Source: a virus
Taxonomy: Duplodnaviria; Caudoviricetes
Length of the DNA stretch: 35,731 nt
IMG/VR virus record: IMGVR_UViG_3300005739_000012
Coordinates: 1 to 35,731 of that record
Strand: one strand, 5' to 3'
A program made the position numbers and the translations under genes. How positions within the stretch are numbered: the first letter of the stretch is position 1; every line of letters starts with the position of its first letter. Below the pieces are notes generated by a model, which did not search any database, had not been told where the DNA came from, and saw only the letters and a list, made by a program, of their open reading frames with translations. Below are positions 8,325-17,623 of this stretch, piece after piece.

Positions 8325-9977
8325 TTGGCAGACCTGAAGATCAGTCAACTGACGGACGGCGGCGCGTCACAGGCCGCAGACGAGTACGTGATCGCCCGAA
8401 GCGGCTCGAACTATCGCATTGACGGCGCGAGCGTCGCGGCGGCGGCTACCTCGGTCGGCACCCTGACCTCGCTGACGGTGAGCGGCAACCTGACGGTCGA
8501 TACCAACACGCTGTTCGTGGACGCCACGAATAATGCGGTCGGTGCCGGAACGACATCGCCCAACACGTTCGGCAAGTTGGCAACCGTCGCTGCATCCACG
8601 GCTACTGCGCTGTATGCAGGTACGGGAACGCAAGGGCTTTTTGTTAGCGCGAGTGACGCAACGCGATTCGTCACTTATGCGTCAAGCGGCAGTCTTATTG
8701 GTGGACATCGGTGGCTGTACGGCAATACCGAAGGGATGCGCCTCGACGACAGCGGCAACCTCGGCCTCGGGGTGACGCCGAGTGCGTGGACTGCGATTGA
8801 AAAGGCCATCGAAATCTCTCGCGTTGGAAATGGCATTTTTAGCGGTGGTGTCGATGATGTCACTATCAATAGCAATGCTTATTACGCTGGTGCGTGGAAG
8901 TTCGGGGCGAACGGCTATGCCAATCGTTTCAACGTTGGCTCTGGCAACGGACAGTTTCAATGGTTTGTTTCGACCGCCAGCAACTCATCTGGTGCTGGTG
9001 CCAACGCTACGTTCACGCAGGCGATGACGCTGGATGCGTCGGGGAACTTGGGGGTGGGGGTGACGCCATCCGCGTGGGCAAGTACTGGTCGTGCTGTTCA
9101 AGTTGGTTCGTCTCGCTCATCCTCGTTGATGGCGCTTGATGTTGGCGGAACCTACTACACCATTCTTGGTCATAACTGGTATTACGACGGCGCAAACGAT
9201 AAATACATTAGCACAGATGTCGCATCACGAATACTCCAACACGAAGGGATTATTCGATTTCAAAATGCGGCATCTGGCACCGCCGGGAACAACATCTCGT
9301 TCACCGAACGCGCCCGCATCCGTGCGGAAGGTGATTTCCTTGTTGGCACGACCAATTACGCACCCGGCGAAAACAATGTTACCGGACATTCGCTCCAGCC
9401 CGATGGTTTGGCGTTGCACTCAAAGTCTGGTGGCTATGCGTTGCTCTCAAATCGCAAGGACAATGACGGCACGCTCGTAAGCCTACGTCAAGATGGTAAT
9501 GAAGAAGGCACCATCTCGGTCAGCGGAAACACCGTCTCGTACAACGCCTTCGCTGGCTCGCACTGGTCACAACTTGAGGACGGAAGCAAGCCAGAGATTC
9601 TGCGTGGCACGGTGATGGAAGCCCTCAACGAACTCTGCGAGTGGCCCAACGAGCAAAACGAGCGACTGCCGAAGGCGAAGGTCAGCGATACGGCGGGAAG
9701 CAAGAAGGTCTACGGCGTCTTTATGGCGTGGGACAACGACTGGACGGTGACGAACGATATGTACGTCACGGCGGTCGGTGCCTTCATCTGCCGTGTTGCC
9801 GCCGATGTGGTGGTCGAGCAGGGCGACTTGCTTGAGTCGAACGGGGACGGGACGGCGCGGGTGCAGGCGGACGACGTGATTCGGTCCAGCACCATCGGCA
9901 AGGTCACTAGCACCGTCAAGACGCACGAGTACGAGGACGGCACCTACTGCGTTCCCACCGTGTTGTACTGCGGCTAA
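8325..9977 (+). CDS. Virion fibre / receptor-binding-like protein
   Basis: MADLKISQL N-terminus, repeated beta modules (GNLGLGVTPSAW, GNLGVGVTPSAW), C-terminal domain after SYNAFAGSHW resembling a fibre chaperone domain. Confidence 0.75.
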   Translation: MADLKISQLTDGGASQAADEYVIARSGSNYRIDGASVAAAATSVGTLTSLTVSGNLTVDTNTLFVDATNNAVGAGTTSPNTFGKLATVAASTATALYAGTGTQGLFVSASDATRFVTYASSGSLIGGHRWLYGNTEGMRLDDSGNLGLGVTPSAWTAIEKAIEISRVGNGIFSGGVDDVTINSNAYYAGAWKFGANGYANRFNVGSGNGQFQWFVSTASNSSGAGANATFTQAMTLDASGNLGVGVTPSAWASTGRAVQVGSSRSSSLMALDVGGTYYTILGHNWYYDGANDKYISTDVASRILQHEGIIRFQNAASGTAGNNISFTERARIRAEGDFLVGTTNYAPGENNVTGHSLQPDGLALHSKSGGYALLSNRKDNDGTLVSLRQDGNEEGTISVSGNTVSYNAFAGSHWSQLEDGSKPEILRGTVMEALNELCEWPNEQNERLPKAKVSDTAGSKKVYGVFMAWDNDWTVTNDMYVTAVGAFICRVAADVVVEQGDLLESNGDGTARVQADDVIRSSTIGKVTSTVKTHEYEDGTYCVPTVLYCG

Positions 9978-10378
9978 TGCTGAACTGGCTGAAGGGCATC
10001 GGGCGGCAGGTGCTTCGTGCCTTCGGGTTGGGGCCGAAAGCTCTGCCACTCGACTGGGGCAAGACGGTGTTCCCGGTCGCTGACCGTGCGCCGATTGACG
10101 CCTTGTGGTGGACCCAGCACGCCATCGTGACCAGCCGTGGCACGGCGGCGGCGTATGCGGACCCGAGCGGCCTCCGCTACGGGGTCTATCAGGGCGACCG
10201 CTTCCCGGACGGCTCGACGCATTGGGGCAAGTACTGGGCGCATAGCCGGGTGATTGTGGTCCTGAAGGCGCACGAAGGCAACACGGCCCTCTGGTCCCAC
10301 GAAGTGCGGCATGACGTACTAGGCACCGAGGATCATCCGGCCCTATATTTCAACGGCAGTTCACTCACCCTTCCCTGA
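9977..10378 (+). CDS. Hypothetical protein with HExxH motif (possible metallopeptidase)
   Basis: WSHEVRHDVLGTEDH; TAATG coupling to the fibre gene. Confidence 0.55.
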   Translation: MLNWLKGIGRQVLRAFGLGPKALPLDWGKTVFPVADRAPIDALWWTQHAIVTSRGTAAAYADPSGLRYGVYQGDRFPDGSTHWGKYWAHSRVIVVLKAHEGNTALWSHEVRHDVLGTEDHPALYFNGSSLTLP

Positions 10379-10381
10379 CCA

Positions 10382-10537
10382 ATGACCGAGACCCCGCAGA
10401 CCGTCACAATCCCTGCCACGCTCGCCGTCGGCATCCTCAACTATATGCGCCAGCGTCCCTACGCCGAGGTCGCGGCTGGGGTGCAGGCGTTGGAAGCGGT
10501 GCTGAACGAGCAACTGCCAAAGGCCGACCCGGAGTAA
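10382..10537 (+). CDS. 51-aa fibre-associated protein (not in ORF track)
   Basis: MTETPQTVTIPATLAVGILNYMRQRPYAEVAAGVQALE...; fills the gap up to the protease gene. Confidence 0.65.
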   Translation: MTETPQTVTIPATLAVGILNYMRQRPYAEVAAGVQALEAVLNEQLPKADPE

Positions 10538-10540
10538 CCG

Positions 10541-11344
10541 ATGAAGTCCACGCGCTACCACCTGACCGAAGCCGCCCCGCAGATCCGAGCCGAGTCTGAC
10601 CTCCCGCCCGGTATTGCTGGGCGCGTGTCGGGCGTGGCGCTGACCTACGAGGTGGTGGACAGCTACCAGACGATGTTCGCTCGCGAGTCCACCAAGCGCA
10701 CGGTGAACAACAAGGTCGCGGCCCGCAAAGTCCCGCTCCTGATGGACCACGAACGCACCAGCAAGGCGCACGTCGGGGTTGTCACCGAGATGCGGGAGAT
10801 GGGCGATGCCCTTATGATGACCGCCGACATCTTTGACACGGCAGATGGTCGGGCCGCGTTGGAGTATGTCAAGGCGGTCTTGGCGAGCGGTGCCTCGACG
10901 GGGTTCAGCATCGGGTTCATCCCGCGTGCCTCGGAGATGGTGACCGTGAATGGCAAGCCGGTCGAGCGGTTCACCGAGATCGAACTGCGCGAGGTGAGCA
11001 TCACGCCGATGCCTGCCGTGCCGGGGGCGGAGATCGCGAACGCCCGCAATGAGGATATGGAGACGGTCAGCCCGACCGCTCAACTGGAGGAGGAGGAGTC
11101 GCCCGAGCGCACGGACGATGAACTCCTGCTACTTGCCGCCCGTGCCGCGTTGGATGCGCTTTCCGACGAAGCACGGATGGCATTGCTGGACGCATACAAG
11201 CCCACGCCGGTACAGACCGAGACGGCTTCGTCCGACGCCCCTGTGGTGTTGGATACGCCCACCTCGACGGAAAGCACGGCCCGGTATGCCAAGATGGAGG
11301 ATCGCATCAAGGCGGTGCGGTCATCGTTCGTCCTACCCAAGTAA
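10541..11344 (+). CDS. HK97-type prohead protease with acidic C-terminal extension
   Basis: VDSYQTMF, VPLLMDH, GFSIGF, LREVSITPMPAVPGA. Confidence 0.92.
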   Translation: MKSTRYHLTEAAPQIRAESDLPPGIAGRVSGVALTYEVVDSYQTMFARESTKRTVNNKVAARKVPLLMDHERTSKAHVGVVTEMREMGDALMMTADIFDTADGRAALEYVKAVLASGASTGFSIGFIPRASEMVTVNGKPVERFTEIELREVSITPMPAVPGAEIANARNEDMETVSPTAQLEEEESPERTDDELLLLAARAALDALSDEARMALLDAYKPTPVQTETASSDAPVVLDTPTSTESTARYAKMEDRIKAVRSSFVLPK

Positions 11345-11359
11345 CGAGAGAACACGACA

Positions 11360-12718
11360 ATGAAGGCCCCACTTGTTTCCAAGAACCGCGCCGCGAACGA
11401 GTTCCGCGAGCAGGCGCACAAGCTCCGTAGCGAGCTGATGGACCCGTCCGCCAGTTTCACGGCGGAGGAAGTTGAGAAGCGCACCGCTGACATCCGTGCG
11501 CTTGAGATGCGGGCGCAGTCTGCCGCCGAGTTCACCGCTGATGCCGAGGTCGCCCGTCAGGGTGGCGACGAGGGCCTTGTGCGGATGGACGTCAGCGGTG
11601 CTGACCGCACCGAGTTTGCTGGCATGAAGGACGCGAGCGAGAAGGTTCGCTCGGTTCTCGTTAAGGCGTTCCCCTCCATCGGCTCGTATGTCCGCGCTGT
11701 GGCGAAGGGACCGGCAAATGCGAAGGAGGCCGAGGCGCTTCGCACGGTCGATATGATGACCCGCACCATCACCGGCTCGACCAACGGTGGTGAGTTCCTC
11801 CTCCCGCTCTCGCAGGTTCCCGAAATCTTCTCGGTGAGCAATGCCCAGCCGGGTCTCTTCCAGTACGCCCGCCGCTACAACGTGCCGGGCCGTTCGCTTC
11901 GCATCCCGTATCTCTTGCAGGATGAGGGTACGTCCACCCTTAACCGCCCGATGGCGGGTAAGATTGCGAACGTCACCATCGTTGGCGAAGGCGCGACCAA
12001 GCCGGAGCGTGACCCGAACTTCGGTCAGCGTCTCCTCACGATGTATAAGTACGCCGCTGTGACGGAGTTCGGTGACGAACTGCTTGGCGATGACTTCACC
12101 GGCGAGCTTCCCGCCGAGGTGACTGCCGCCGTCGGCGGGCAGGTCATCAACAAGATTAACGAAGACATCACCATCGACGGCACCGGGTCGAGCCAGCCGC
12201 TCGGCGCGTTCAACACGAACAACACGGCGCTCCTCAAGGTCGTGCGTCAGACCGCGAACGAGTTCAAGGCGCGTGATGCTTTCCAGATGTACGAGCGTCA
12301 CACCCACGGCCCGAACTCGGTGTGGATGATCTCCCGCCGCGTGCTGGCCCAGTTGTTCGCGATGCAGACCACGAACAACACGATGGTCACGTGGATCCCG
12401 AACCTCCGCGACAAGCCCCAGATGACCCTCCTCGGGCTTCCGGTCATTGTCACGGACCTCCTCCCGACGCTCGGGACCGAGGGCGATGTGGCGCTGGTGA
12501 ACGGCGACTTCTACGCGATGGGCCTCCGTCAGGCGCTCACCGTCGAGTCGTCGATCCACTACAAGTTCGTGAACGACATCACCACGTACCGGTTCGTTGC
12601 TCGCGCCGGGGGCATCCCGCTCCCGACCTCGACCTATGCCTACGCGATTGACTCGTCGGGCAACAAGGTGGACGAGCATAGCCCGTTCGTCGTGCTGGAC
12701 AACACGGCCTCTGCGTAA
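11360..12718 (+). CDS. Major capsid protein, HK97 fold with N-terminal delta domain
   Basis: Coiled-coil N-terminus, GGEFLLP, VGEGATKP, GTGSSQPLG, TLLGLPVIVTD; follows the protease. Confidence 0.95.
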   Translation: MKAPLVSKNRAANEFREQAHKLRSELMDPSASFTAEEVEKRTADIRALEMRAQSAAEFTADAEVARQGGDEGLVRMDVSGADRTEFAGMKDASEKVRSVLVKAFPSIGSYVRAVAKGPANAKEAEALRTVDMMTRTITGSTNGGEFLLPLSQVPEIFSVSNAQPGLFQYARRYNVPGRSLRIPYLLQDEGTSTLNRPMAGKIANVTIVGEGATKPERDPNFGQRLLTMYKYAAVTEFGDELLGDDFTGELPAEVTAAVGGQVINKINEDITIDGTGSSQPLGAFNTNNTALLKVVRQTANEFKARDAFQMYERHTHGPNSVWMISRRVLAQLFAMQTTNNTMVTWIPNLRDKPQMTLLGLPVIVTDLLPTLGTEGDVALVNGDFYAMGLRQALTVESSIHYKFVNDITTYRFVARAGGIPLPTSTYAYAIDSSGNKVDEHSPFVVLDNTASA

Positions 12719-12731
12719 GCCGAGAGCCAAG

Positions 12732-12782
12732 CGGACCGTCGGTGCGGAGGGGGCCATCACCCCCTCCGCTTCGGCGCTTCCG
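12732..12782 (+). terminator. Strong hairpin after capsid gene (partial terminator or mRNA stabiliser)
   Basis: GCGGAGGGGG-ccatca-CCCCCTCCGC (12744-12769) with extended imperfect stem; no U-tract. Confidence 0.6.
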
Positions 12783-12788
12783 TCAGAG

Positions 12789-13970
12789 GTGCAGGCCACT
12801 GTCCGTGTGAAGGCCCTGATTAACGGACAGGTGTATGAGAAGGGCCAACAGATTGTGCTTCCTACGGCGCAGGCCGAGGAGCTATTTGCGGGAGGGGTGG
12901 TGGCGTCTCGGGAGCAGATTGACCGCGTGTGGGCGAGTGCAGGCCGGATACTGTCTCCGGGCCTTATCGCCTCGCACTACACGGCAACGCCCTACGACCC
13001 GTCCGCGCTCAAGGTTTTACAGTTGACCGCCTACGATCCCGGCTCGGCGGTCTATCGCTACCACTCGGCGGCGAACACGGTACCGGGCGTGGTGTCGGCG
13101 CTGGTGCGCTACGGACACACGAACAAGCATTGCGACCTCCGGCAGTGGGACACGGAGATCGACGCGACCACCATCCAGTTGCTCTACGAGACGGCGGATG
13201 TGGTGCATAGCCACATGGACTACTGGGTCTTGCGGAACCAGCTCCGGCGCGGGACGCGGGATGGTCTCATGCAAGCCCTGACCTACCACGGATCGGTAGA
13301 CCCCGGCAACATGGCAGGGTCGGTGCGGGTGAACGACGGCGGCAACGATGACCGGATGGACGCCATCTGCTTCGGGGCGCGGCCCTACCACCACCGCCTC
13401 GGCATCCGGCACTGGCTCCCCATCCCGATGCCGGTCGATGACTACCAGCAGATCGCGAAGGAAGAGACCGTCACGTCCAAGACGTTCCGCGTGGCGCACA
13501 GCCCGACGATGCGGCGGATTAAGGGAACGCAGGAGTTCTTGCGGGCCTGTGACTACCTCAAGATGCACGAAGGGATCGACATCGAGCCGGTCCTGATTGA
13601 GAACATGGAGCATGGGCAAGCCCTCCGCGTCAAGGCGTCCTGCGATGCGGTATTCGATAGCTTCTGGCTCGGGATGCAGGGGTCGGGCTTGGAGGGCGCG
13701 GCGATGAGCAAGGCGGTCATCGCGGGCGACCCAGAGGCGCAGAACGACCTGATTAAGCTCGGCATCCCGGTGCCGTGGACAGTGGCGAACGACGAAACCC
13801 AACTGAAGCAGGTCTTGGCGAAACTCGTGAAAGACCGTAGCTTCTATACGGCAGAAGTTGAGCGGGTGCATCAGTACGTGCGGACCTACCACGACTACCC
13901 GGTGGTGGGGGCGAAGTACGCGGCAATCTTGACCGAGGCAAAGCGCAATGGCCCTCCCTACCGTCAGTGA
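12789..13970 (+). CDS. GT-B (GT4-like) glycosyltransferase with a small N-terminal domain; start uncertain
   Basis: RVAHSPTMRRIKGT and CDAVFDSFWLGMQGSGLEGAAMSKAVIAG match a GT-B C-terminal domain; first GTG after the hairpin chosen as start. Confidence 0.75.
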   Translation: MQATVRVKALINGQVYEKGQQIVLPTAQAEELFAGGVVASREQIDRVWASAGRILSPGLIASHYTATPYDPSALKVLQLTAYDPGSAVYRYHSAANTVPGVVSALVRYGHTNKHCDLRQWDTEIDATTIQLLYETADVVHSHMDYWVLRNQLRRGTRDGLMQALTYHGSVDPGNMAGSVRVNDGGNDDRMDAICFGARPYHHRLGIRHWLPIPMPVDDYQQIAKEETVTSKTFRVAHSPTMRRIKGTQEFLRACDYLKMHEGIDIEPVLIENMEHGQALRVKASCDAVFDSFWLGMQGSGLEGAAMSKAVIAGDPEAQNDLIKLGIPVPWTVANDETQLKQVLAKLVKDRSFYTAEVERVHQYVRTYHDYPVVGAKYAAILTEAKRNGPPYRQ

Positions 13971-14514
13971 CCTGAAGTCCTACCTCCGCATCGAGACCAC
14001 CGCCGAGGACACGCTCTTGACGGCGCTCCTCGCTCGGGCAAAGGCGCAGATGGAAGTCTGGACCGACGTGCCGGTCACCGCTGTCAATACTACGGCGGTC
14101 GATCGGGCGGATGTCATCGAGCCGCAGAGTTGCACCTCGCTCATCTTTCCGAAGCGGCCTATTGGCACCACCGCGACCATCGTGGACTCCGAGGGCGTGA
14201 CGGTGCCAGCGACCGACTACACGATCAATCAAGCCTCGGGCGTGATTTATGCCAACGCGGGCTATTCGTTCCCCTATGGCCCCTACACCATTACCACCCA
14301 GTGCGGACTGTCTCTGCGGGGCGATTACGCGCAAATAGAGCCGGTTCTGTCACAGTGCATCATCGACTTGGCGGCTGACCTTTATCAAAAACGGACACCG
14401 AACGCCTCGACCGAGACGGCGGCTGGCACCTCGATTAGCTGGGATGTTTCACGTGACACGGCGGCTCGCGTCCTCAAGGTCTTGCGGACGTTCAAGCTCG
14501 TGGTGGCTGGCTGA
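13948..14514 (+). CDS. Head-tail connector (HK97 gp6-like)
   Basis: TVSDLKSYLRIETTAEDTLL...IIDLAADLYQKR. Confidence 0.85.
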   Translation: MALPTVSDLKSYLRIETTAEDTLLTALLARAKAQMEVWTDVPVTAVNTTAVDRADVIEPQSCTSLIFPKRPIGTTATIVDSEGVTVPATDYTINQASGVIYANAGYSFPYGPYTITTQCGLSLRGDYAQIEPVLSQCIIDLAADLYQKRTPNASTETAAGTSISWDVSRDTAARVLKVLRTFKLVVAG

Positions 14515-14960
14515 TGTATATCGCACCCGGCCTTCTGGATCGGCGGCTCCAGTTCTTCACGCGAGCGGAGGACGGGGCCGACGGCTTTACGCGCCCGGTC
14601 TATACGCGGGTCGGGACGTACTGGGGTCGGATTGACGCGATGTCGGACCAGTTCACGCCTGCCGGGTCGCCACAGGGCCATATTGACAGCCGCACCTCGC
14701 TGGTCGCCACGGTTGCCGACTACGTGCCGGTGGACCCCTTCGGCATTGTCAAGGACGAGAACGAGACCCCGATCTACTTCGTGCGGGGCGTGATTGAGTT
14801 GCGGCAGTTGATGTGCAAGCAGTTGACGTTGGAGGAGGTGGACCCGACGGCCTACACGCTCTACACCGGGTCCGACCCGGACAGCGTGGCGGATGGGGTG
14901 CATCTCATCAATCCGGCGGCGGATGCGTTTTCTTCAGGCTTTGACGAGGGCTACAGCTAA
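14514..14960 (+). CDS. Head closure protein with C-terminal extension
   Basis: PGLLDRRLQF...DGADG...YWGRI pattern and position; ends AFSSGFDEGYS. Confidence 0.75.
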   Translation: MYIAPGLLDRRLQFFTRAEDGADGFTRPVYTRVGTYWGRIDAMSDQFTPAGSPQGHIDSRTSLVATVADYVPVDPFGIVKDENETPIYFVRGVIELRQLMCKQLTLEEVDPTAYTLYTGSDPDSVADGVHLINPAADAFSSGFDEGYS

Positions 14961-15508
14961 TGGCGGAAACTCCGAAGGTTCTCTCTGCGCTTCTCGCGCA
15001 ACTGCCCGACAACACGACCGGCCTCATCTCGCCCGAGGACATCCGTGACGCCGTGGTCTCGCTGTTCCCGAGCCGAGGCCAGATCATCCTGACGAGCGCA
15101 GGCACCACGACCTTTACGCAGTCGGCGCAATACAAGGCATTGACCGTCACGACCTCGCTCGATACGGATGTCTGCTCGTCCTGCGTGTCGATGCCGTCGA
15201 ATGGCGTCCTGAAGCTCCTCAAGAACGTGGCGCAGGTCGTGCTGGTGAACGCGACCATCGAGGTGCTACCCGCCGCGAATAACAAGCGGTACACCTTCAC
15301 GTTCGCCAAGAACGGGACGCCAATCGACAGCTTGGCGTACACGGCGTTCTATGGCAACCTCTCGGGCAATCCGGCGGGCGTGTTCCTGTCGGGCTTGGTG
15401 CCGATGACGGGCAACGACGAGCTGTCGCTGGTGGTGCGGAACGACACGGACACGACGAGCATCGCCACCTCGGTCTACTCCCTCTCCCTTATCGGGTTCA
15501 TCAAGTAA
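14960..15508 (+). CDS. Putative neck decoration protein with C1q/TNF-like beta domain
   Basis: LPDNTTGLISPEDIRD N-terminal motif; alternating beta pattern (YTFTFAKNGTPI, GLVPMTGNDELSLVVRN). Confidence 0.55.
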   Translation: MAETPKVLSALLAQLPDNTTGLISPEDIRDAVVSLFPSRGQIILTSAGTTTFTQSAQYKALTVTTSLDTDVCSSCVSMPSNGVLKLLKNVAQVVLVNATIEVLPAANNKRYTFTFAKNGTPIDSLAYTAFYGNLSGNPAGVFLSGLVPMTGNDELSLVVRNDTDTTSIATSVYSLSLIGFIK

Positions 15509-15738
15509 TGGACGCTCGCCTCATCTGCGGTCAGGACGTTCGGCGGTCGGGCATCTGGCCTACCGACGAGGCACGGATTGAGGCGTTCATCCAGCGCCAC
15601 GGCGGGACGCTTGAGGCGGCTCCGGTCGGGGACGCGGCAATCATGATTCGCTGGACCTCGCTTGAGGGTGAGGGCAAGACGGCGACTGGCATCACGGCGC
15701 GGGAAGCCCTGCGGAAACTGCAAGCGGAGATGGCATGA
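15508..15738 (+). CDS. Hypothetical protein
   Basis: TAATG and ATGA coupling within the neck operon. Confidence 0.65.
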   Translation: MDARLICGQDVRRSGIWPTDEARIEAFIQRHGGTLEAAPVGDAAIMIRWTSLEGEGKTATGITAREALRKLQAEMA

Positions 15739-16199
15739 GCGTCAAAGTCACGGACCTCTCGCCGCAGTTCTTGAAGCAGTATCGGGACGCCTCGCGGATG
15801 GCGCTCGATGCGGCGGCAAACTTGTTGCAGGCGAACGTGACGAAACGCTTCCGGCAGGGGTACTACACTAGCCAGCGGTTCCGTTCTACTGCTCAAATCA
15901 TGCAACACATCACCCGCGAGCCACCGGTCTATCGCGGCAACGGCTGGATGTCGCAGGTCGGTGTGCCAGACGGTATCATGGCGACGCCGAAGGGCAAGAA
16001 AGCCAAGCCGCCCAAGACGCCTACAACGGTCGGAAAGATTGCGCTGGCATGGGAGCTAGGACACCACAACCACTTCACCGGCAAGTGGGAGCGGGTTGCC
16101 ATCTTCAAGCCGGTCGGCTTTGACTCACTCAAGGCGATGATTGACACCTACAACCGCGTCCTGAACCGCTACATGGAGCGCGGGAGAGCCGTCCGATGA
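15735..16199 (+). CDS. Tail completion / HK97 gp10-like protein
   Basis: Basic protein with ALAWELG motif, in the canonical position. Confidence 0.65.
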   Translation: MSVKVTDLSPQFLKQYRDASRMALDAAANLLQANVTKRFRQGYYTSQRFRSTAQIMQHITREPPVYRGNGWMSQVGVPDGIMATPKGKKAKPPKTPTTVGKIALAWELGHHNHFTGKWERVAIFKPVGFDSLKAMIDTYNRVLNRYMERGRAVR

Positions 16200-16690
16200 C
16201 CTTACCGACCTACGTTGTTCCGGGCAGTCTCCAGCTTCCGTCCACGGCCTCGACGGTCCAGATCTACGCGACCCTGCGCCAGTCCCTGCTCGAGTACGTC
16301 AGCCCGAGCGGGAGTCGGCTTGAGGACATCATCGGGACGCGGGCCTATGTCCGAGCCGCGCCTGCCGACCCCGTGTTCCCGTATCTGACGCTCCGCCTCG
16401 ATCGGACCAGCCTTCCGGCCTACAACGGCTATCGGGAGACCGCCATCCTCGAAGTGCAGGGGGTTGGCAAGCCGGAGTCGCAGTTGGCGATGGTCGAGTC
16501 GGCTATTGACATCGTGGATCAGTTCTTGACGGGGTTCAACGATGCGCGGTCGGGCCTGATGGTCGGGCGGTCGCGGACGCGGCAGACGGTCCCGATGTTG
16601 ACGGACCCGGCAGACTCCTCGGTCGTGGCGGTCATCGCCAATTACGAAATGTTCCTCTGGCCCCGTGTGTTGACCGAGCGGGCTGATTAG
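16196..16690 (+). CDS. Tail terminator (DUF3168-like)
   Basis: IGTRAYVRAAPADPVFPYLTL; precedes the tail tube gene. Confidence 0.75.
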   Translation: MTLPTYVVPGSLQLPSTASTVQIYATLRQSLLEYVSPSGSRLEDIIGTRAYVRAAPADPVFPYLTLRLDRTSLPAYNGYRETAILEVQGVGKPESQLAMVESAIDIVDQFLTGFNDARSGLMVGRSRTRQTVPMLTDPADSSVVAVIANYEMFLWPRVLTERAD

Positions 16691-16723
16691 ATTCCACCCC
16701 ACCACCCTCCGTAGGATAGACCC

Positions 16724-17305
16724 ATGACTGCTCCGCTGACTGGCTACACCTCCGCTCTCCCGAGCGACATCCTCCTCGACTCTGGCGTCCTGTACGTCAG
16801 TTCCACCGTGTTCGGCGCGTTCGCGGGGGGCATCAAGTTCGACCCCGGCGTGACATATCGGGCCGCTGACTTCGACGGCAAGCGGTCGCCTGTCAAGGGC
16901 TTGGACCGCGTGACGATGCGGATGCCCAAGATTTCTGGCACCGTGATTCAGCTCTCGACCACGAACGTCGGGCAGATTGAGCCGGGTGCGGCGACTGCCG
17001 TGACTGGCGCGTGGACGGCCTCGACCTCCTACGCCCCCAAGTCGGCTGGACAGTTGCTCGCCTCGGGCGACTACCTCTCTGATGTCCGTGCCATCTGGCA
17101 ACGCGGCGGGGCGACGGCTTCGGCTGGGAGCTATGTGCAGGTCCGCTTCCCGTCGGCGCTCTGCACCAAGTATGACATCACCGGGCAGGACGGGGCGGAG
17201 ATTGCCATTGCCATCGAAATCGAGGCGCGGCTTGACCCTACCCTCTCGGGCTTCACGGCGATCGGCTCGGCGCCGTTCCGCATCGAATACCTCACCTCTG
17301 TCTGA
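16724..17305 (+). CDS. Major tail tube protein
   Basis: ILLDSGVLY..FGAFAGGIKF motif, size, and position before chaperone and tape measure. Confidence 0.8.
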   Translation: MTAPLTGYTSALPSDILLDSGVLYVSSTVFGAFAGGIKFDPGVTYRAADFDGKRSPVKGLDRVTMRMPKISGTVIQLSTTNVGQIEPGAATAVTGAWTASTSYAPKSAGQLLASGDYLSDVRAIWQRGGATASAGSYVQVRFPSALCTKYDITGQDGAEIAIAIEIEARLDPTLSGFTAIGSAPFRIEYLTSV

Positions 17306-17314
17306 TAAGGACTG

Positions 17315-17623
17315 ATGATTAACCTCGACGAGTTGGTGAACCCGGCACGCCTACCGCGTGTGACGCTGTTCGGACGAGAGATAGTGGTGCGCCCCTTGAC
17401 TGGGGCGTCCGCGCATAAGATCGCCGCGCTGTCCACGCAGGATGGCGCTGGCGATGTCATGCTCGGGGCGTTGTTGGAAGTCGTGCGGTCCAGTTGCCCG
17501 GACCTAACCGACAAGGAAGTGGACGCCTTGACCGTGGATCAGATTGCCGCGCTCATTCAGTTGAGCCGCAATCAGGTGTCCGAGGTTGAGGCGATGCTCG
17601 CGGAGCGGTCGGAAAAAAACTGA
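17315..17623 (+). CDS. Tail assembly chaperone (gpG-like)
   Basis: Position; ends EKN at a slippery sequence. Confidence 0.85.
   Translation: MINLDELVNPARLPRVTLFGREIVVRPLTGASAHKIAALSTQDGAGDVMLGALLEVVRSSCPDLTDKEVDALTVDQIAALIQLSRNQVSEVEAMLAERSEKN

Noticed and set aside
12597-12788. Capsid-glycosyltransferase fusion by +1 frameshift, since the GT frame is open across the capsid stop
   Set aside because: No recognisable slippery site, the extension translates a hairpin into low-complexity sequence, and open frames of this length are common at high GC.
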